Shown here: positions 60,300-64,000 of the stretch, one piece after another
How positions within the stretch are numbered: the first letter of the stretch is position 1
Layout: every line of letters begins with the position of its first letter
Source: Eutreptiella sp. 'Long Island Sound 2002'
Taxonomy: Eukaryota > Protista > Euglenida
Reading direction: 5' to 3'
Assembly: GCA_964036045.1 (NCBI GenBank)
Contig: OZ038378.1
Location: 15,128,001-15,192,000 of the forward strand
Length of the DNA: 64,000 nucleotides
Made by a program: the position numbers and the translations under genes
Notes under the pieces: model-generated
Database searches by the model: none
What the model was told of the DNA's origin: nothing
Seen by the model: only the letters and a program-made list of their open reading frames with translations

Positions 60300-63200
60300 G
60301 TTAAAATGAAAATGTTGTGGTGGTCCTCACCGAGCGTGGGCGAGAGCGACGTGCATGTGATTCGCGGATTCGCGCTCAATTATTAATATGCCGAAAATTG
60401 TAGGCTCGGTTTGCTTCACCGAAAGTTGAGCACCCTGCTCCTGGTATTTCTGAAGAAAAATTTCTTTGTTGACCTTGCCTTGTGGACCCTTAGAGCATAC
60501 ACCCTCTGATCCATTGAAGGCAGGATGCCAAGGCAACAAAGATCACAGTTGGATAATATTGCAATTCCCGTCCATGTCTTGGGGTGGAATGGGTGCCCAC
60601 CGTCCCGGACCGCTTGCAACCAAAAGAAATTTTTCGTGCCACTTAAAAGTGTTTGTACGCAAAAATTCCCTCCCTCCGTCCCTCCTTCCAGCAACCACCG
60701 TGAAGAGCATTCATTCAATGTAGTGAATTCTTTCACATCTTGTGTCGAAGCATACATGAATGGATATTTTCCCATCTTGTTGTGGCGTGCCTTTGTTACA
60801 TACGTGCACACAAGAAAAACATGAGATGAAATAAATAGTTGCATCAACCATGATTGGTTATTATTGGCTCCTTGAAAGGACAAGTGGTAGAATTCATGCA
60901 ACGTTCGATGATTTGTACGCTCGGTATGCACCTTGTTGGCTTCCATTGGCGGAGGTCAACACGAGTGTGTTGCATTTTCATGTTGAGATCTAGACATGGC
61001 GTGGTTGATTGGAATTTCGCAACGACCGCAAGCTCGCTTGACATCGTTAATGTTGTGATCAAAAATAGTCGCCGCTTCTTACACTCTCGCAACACGTGCG
61101 ACACCCCTGCTACGCACAACATTCCGCGTGTGCATGTGCATACGACTTTGAGCGTACCAAACACGAGCGCCCGGTGAAACCCGCGTGCACTACCACATGC
61201 ACTTCATGTACATAGCCCTTTTGATGCCCCTCTCCTCACTTCGAACTTTGCTTCATTGTCGCACACATCGATCATTGACCATGCTGGCTTCCACCACAAG
61301 TAGTTTGATACATCCTTGCCACCGTGTACTCGGCGGAGCACCAAGGAAATGAGTGATGTTCCATGGCATGTTAGATTGTTCACCGAAAGCCAAAAGTTGG
61401 CCCCCACTAGACGATCGTGTGCAGCCCCAAACAAGCCCCAAATAGGAAAGAATACGTGTCCTATTGATGCCGCAATGTGAATCGTCACTTCAACTAAACT
61501 TTCAAAGCAAAGCCTATGAATATGAAGCTAATTCATCGAACGCTAGCGGTTGAGATACCCTTTTTTGCCAAAACTTGTTTCCAACAAACTCCCAAAGGTC
61601 TATTTCGAGGCACTTGGGTGCTCGTATCACACACGGACACACACATGGAATACAACATGGGCCCGGCAACGTGCCAAATTGTGTGCAAGTTGGTGGGGCT
61701 TCGGAGTCTTTGTGGAAGTGATCCAAAGCATGGCTGGTCCGCCGATCACTTGCACGAACCCCCTGGAACACCGAACGTTTCCGATTACCACGGTGAAACC
61801 CCTCCCCCAAATCCCCCACTCCGTCCTACTCACATGACCTAGGTTTTCAAGCCCAAACCCGGAGTATCGGCTGGCGTCTACATACGTAACACATGAGACT
61901 CCCAATGTGTTCTTTGCGCGATCCTCTTGTCATTGGGCATTCCTTGGCCAAGAAATGCTAGGGTGAGGCCCATGGTCATGGAAAAAATGCGGCAAATAAT
62001 GCAAGCAATCCAAAAATATTCATCAAGAGATGAAACGCATGCGACCGACGGGAGACAAATGCATCATGCAAACGCCGATGGGTGCAATAGTAGATAGGTG
62101 CAAACGTACACACGCAATTCACGTGAATTGCTACCTCATTGATCCAAATTCGCGACCGTCCAGAAAAGTATGCCGACAAAACAAATAAAGTTGTTGTGAA
62201 GTCTCCACACCAACGCAATCAAGGCGACACGTAGTTATGAGCTGGTGGAAGATGAGTTTGAGGTCGAAGAGGAGACGGTTTGTTTCCTTCGCACATTTCG
62301 TCTCTCATAAAGTGCATGCCACATTGCAACAACAGGTGATTAAGTTTTTTAGAAGCCTCGCGCACGCACACCCGCACCAAATCCACAAATTTGTCAAAAT
62401 TTGCGAACACTTGCGCACTATACGAACCGTGATAGCATAGACACTCTTGAATCCCCTGTTGCTTGCTGATGCCGCGCAACAACCGACCCACAAAGCCTCC
62501 TTGCGAAAAAAGGCGTGCAAAGAGCACTCGCCAAAAGGACTAAACAAGGAAACTTCGTGGGAGCCGTGATAGATGTGGCTTGAGAGTGCACATATTGCCA
62601 CCCGTTCTGAGTTGGCATGATCACAATGGGCCCCCGTAGAACCGGAATAGCACGGCGCTCGTCGAGTGCCCCACGTCCCTCGAAGGTCACTCTCCAATGG
62701 GGCAAATATGAGCAAAAGGAATGCATGGCGGTTTGTGTAGCCGCGTGTCCCAATATGCACATGTAGGCACACACACGAGAACACACAACGGAAAGGCGAA
62801 AGGACGGTGTTATTCCTTGCAGTTCAGCTTGGGTTTGCATGTTGCTTGTCGTTGTCTCGCTTGCCGTGCCAATCACTTTGCTGCCTTCTTTGGCGGCATT
62901 CCTCTCGTAGAATGTTCACGTGCGCGATGCATAGCTGTTGTGCCTTGTGTCGTGCAGCGCAAGCCGAATTGTGTGGTGCATGGAACGGGGGTCCTCAAAC
63001 CAAGTCGAATTGCTTCATGTTTGTCGTGTGTATCGCACAACTGTTATGTATTGCATTATGTACATTATAATGCAATGTACATGATTAATGTTACAACTCA
63101 GTGTAGCAATAGCAACCGCCGCAAAAGCAACCACAGCGGTGCACGAGTAACAGCAACAACAACAATAAGAAGTGTGGTAGCTTTTGTTGCAGATCAATTT

Positions 63201-63600
63201 AAAGATCCAAATCTCTTGGTCACATTTAGCGGCAAAGGGCTGGGTTTTCCTTTTCTCATGCCAATGGCAACAAGAAGTAAAACTGTGCACATGTAGCAAA
63301 CCTTTTCATCGGCGCATCAAACCATGAGTGCACACAATAATTGCGACAAATTCTCATAGATGCCTGCTGCCTCCATTTGATACCAATTCATACAAGGCCA
63401 ATAGCTATTAGTTTAGCATACACCCACAATCCCCAACAATCAGGGAAATGTGTATAGGCAAATTTTCTTGGATTCAAACTTTGATTGAGAAAGTCTACCA
63501 ACACATTTCCCGTATGTTGAGTCTTTGCGTCACACCACCACCACATCCAAGCGCACGATGCACTAGCATGGCAGTGTTTAGGGTGATGGTGAGGGATGGT
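60300..63600 (-). mobile_element. Heavily decayed AT-richer coding remnant, probable transposon
   Basis: Many short interrupted ORFs with protein-like composition (e.g. IFDHNINDVKRACGRC, GDFTTTLFVLSAYFSGRSRIW) and no splice pattern. Family not recognised. Confidence 0.3.
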
Positions 63601-63795
63601 TATTCCCTCATCTCAGGGAGGGAATAATTGCATTTCGCTAGTCTGCACATGCACAAAGGAGTGTCTTATCGGGTCTTGTGGCAGAAGGAGTTGCATTCTG
63701 CCCTTTCTGTGTACTAGCTGCTCCCCGTTTGCCTCCAGCTGCTCTTCGCCCATTGCCCTACGGTGGGGCGTGCACGAGGTGTCGCGTGTGGTCAG

Positions 63796-64000
63796 TGCCC
63801 ATTAAGGCCTCTCAAAACGTGAGTGCACGGGAGGTGCCCCGGGACAACGGTCCCCGCAAGCCCTCGGGGCTGCACAGATCGTTGCAGGACCTGAGGAATG
63901 TCCTGGAGACCGCGGAGCAAGCCGTCTCTCAGGAACGTATCGCATCGCAGCGCGTCCCGCGCCCGCAAGCCATGCGCCTGAGTCTAGAGGTGGAGGAGGA
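63796..64000 (+). CDS. Partial exon of an unidentified gene running off the window
   Basis: After ggtcag| the frame reads PIKASQNVSAREVPRDNGPRKPSGLHRSLQDLRNVLETAEQAVSQERIASQRVPRPQAMRLSLEVEE, with GC3-rich codons and no stop. Confidence 0.4.

Noticed and set aside
1-64000. CRISPR arrays, rRNA, true tRNA, SL RNA gene, box C/D snoRNAs
   Set aside because: No repeat-spacer array or rRNA-like sequence was seen. The TGATGA hits lack paired CTGA and terminal stems. The tRNA-like units do not fold, and the SL match lacks the GT donor.

Overview
Intron-rich eukaryotic nuclear DNA, not prokaryotic. It is most likely from a photosynthetic euglenid (inferred from a euglenid spliced-leader relic and a plastid-type SecA with a multi-exon presequence). 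By hand I reconstructed two multi-exon minus-strand genes with phase-consistent GT-AG introns. The first is plastid SecA (18 core exons at 36744-58669, plus 3-4 probable presequence exons up to about 60182). The second is a 4-exon, 294-aa TraB/GumN-like protein with a mitochondrial-type N-terminus (15426-26533). There are also two intronless ORFs: a DUF1275/YoaK membrane protein (6540-7736, minus) and a GST-like ORF (30808-31917, plus). The rest is decayed mobile DNA: a Penelope-like RT, a LINE RT, a TIR element, MITEs, a tRNA-like SINE dimer, orphan exon fragments, microsatellites and interstitial TTAGGG. Most ORFs in the supplied track are antisense shadows or repeat noise. The most notable observation is a genomic spliced-leader relic at 60009-60034, at the 5' end of secA, in frame with a candidate signal peptide. 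All coordinates were counted manually, and no database searches were run.
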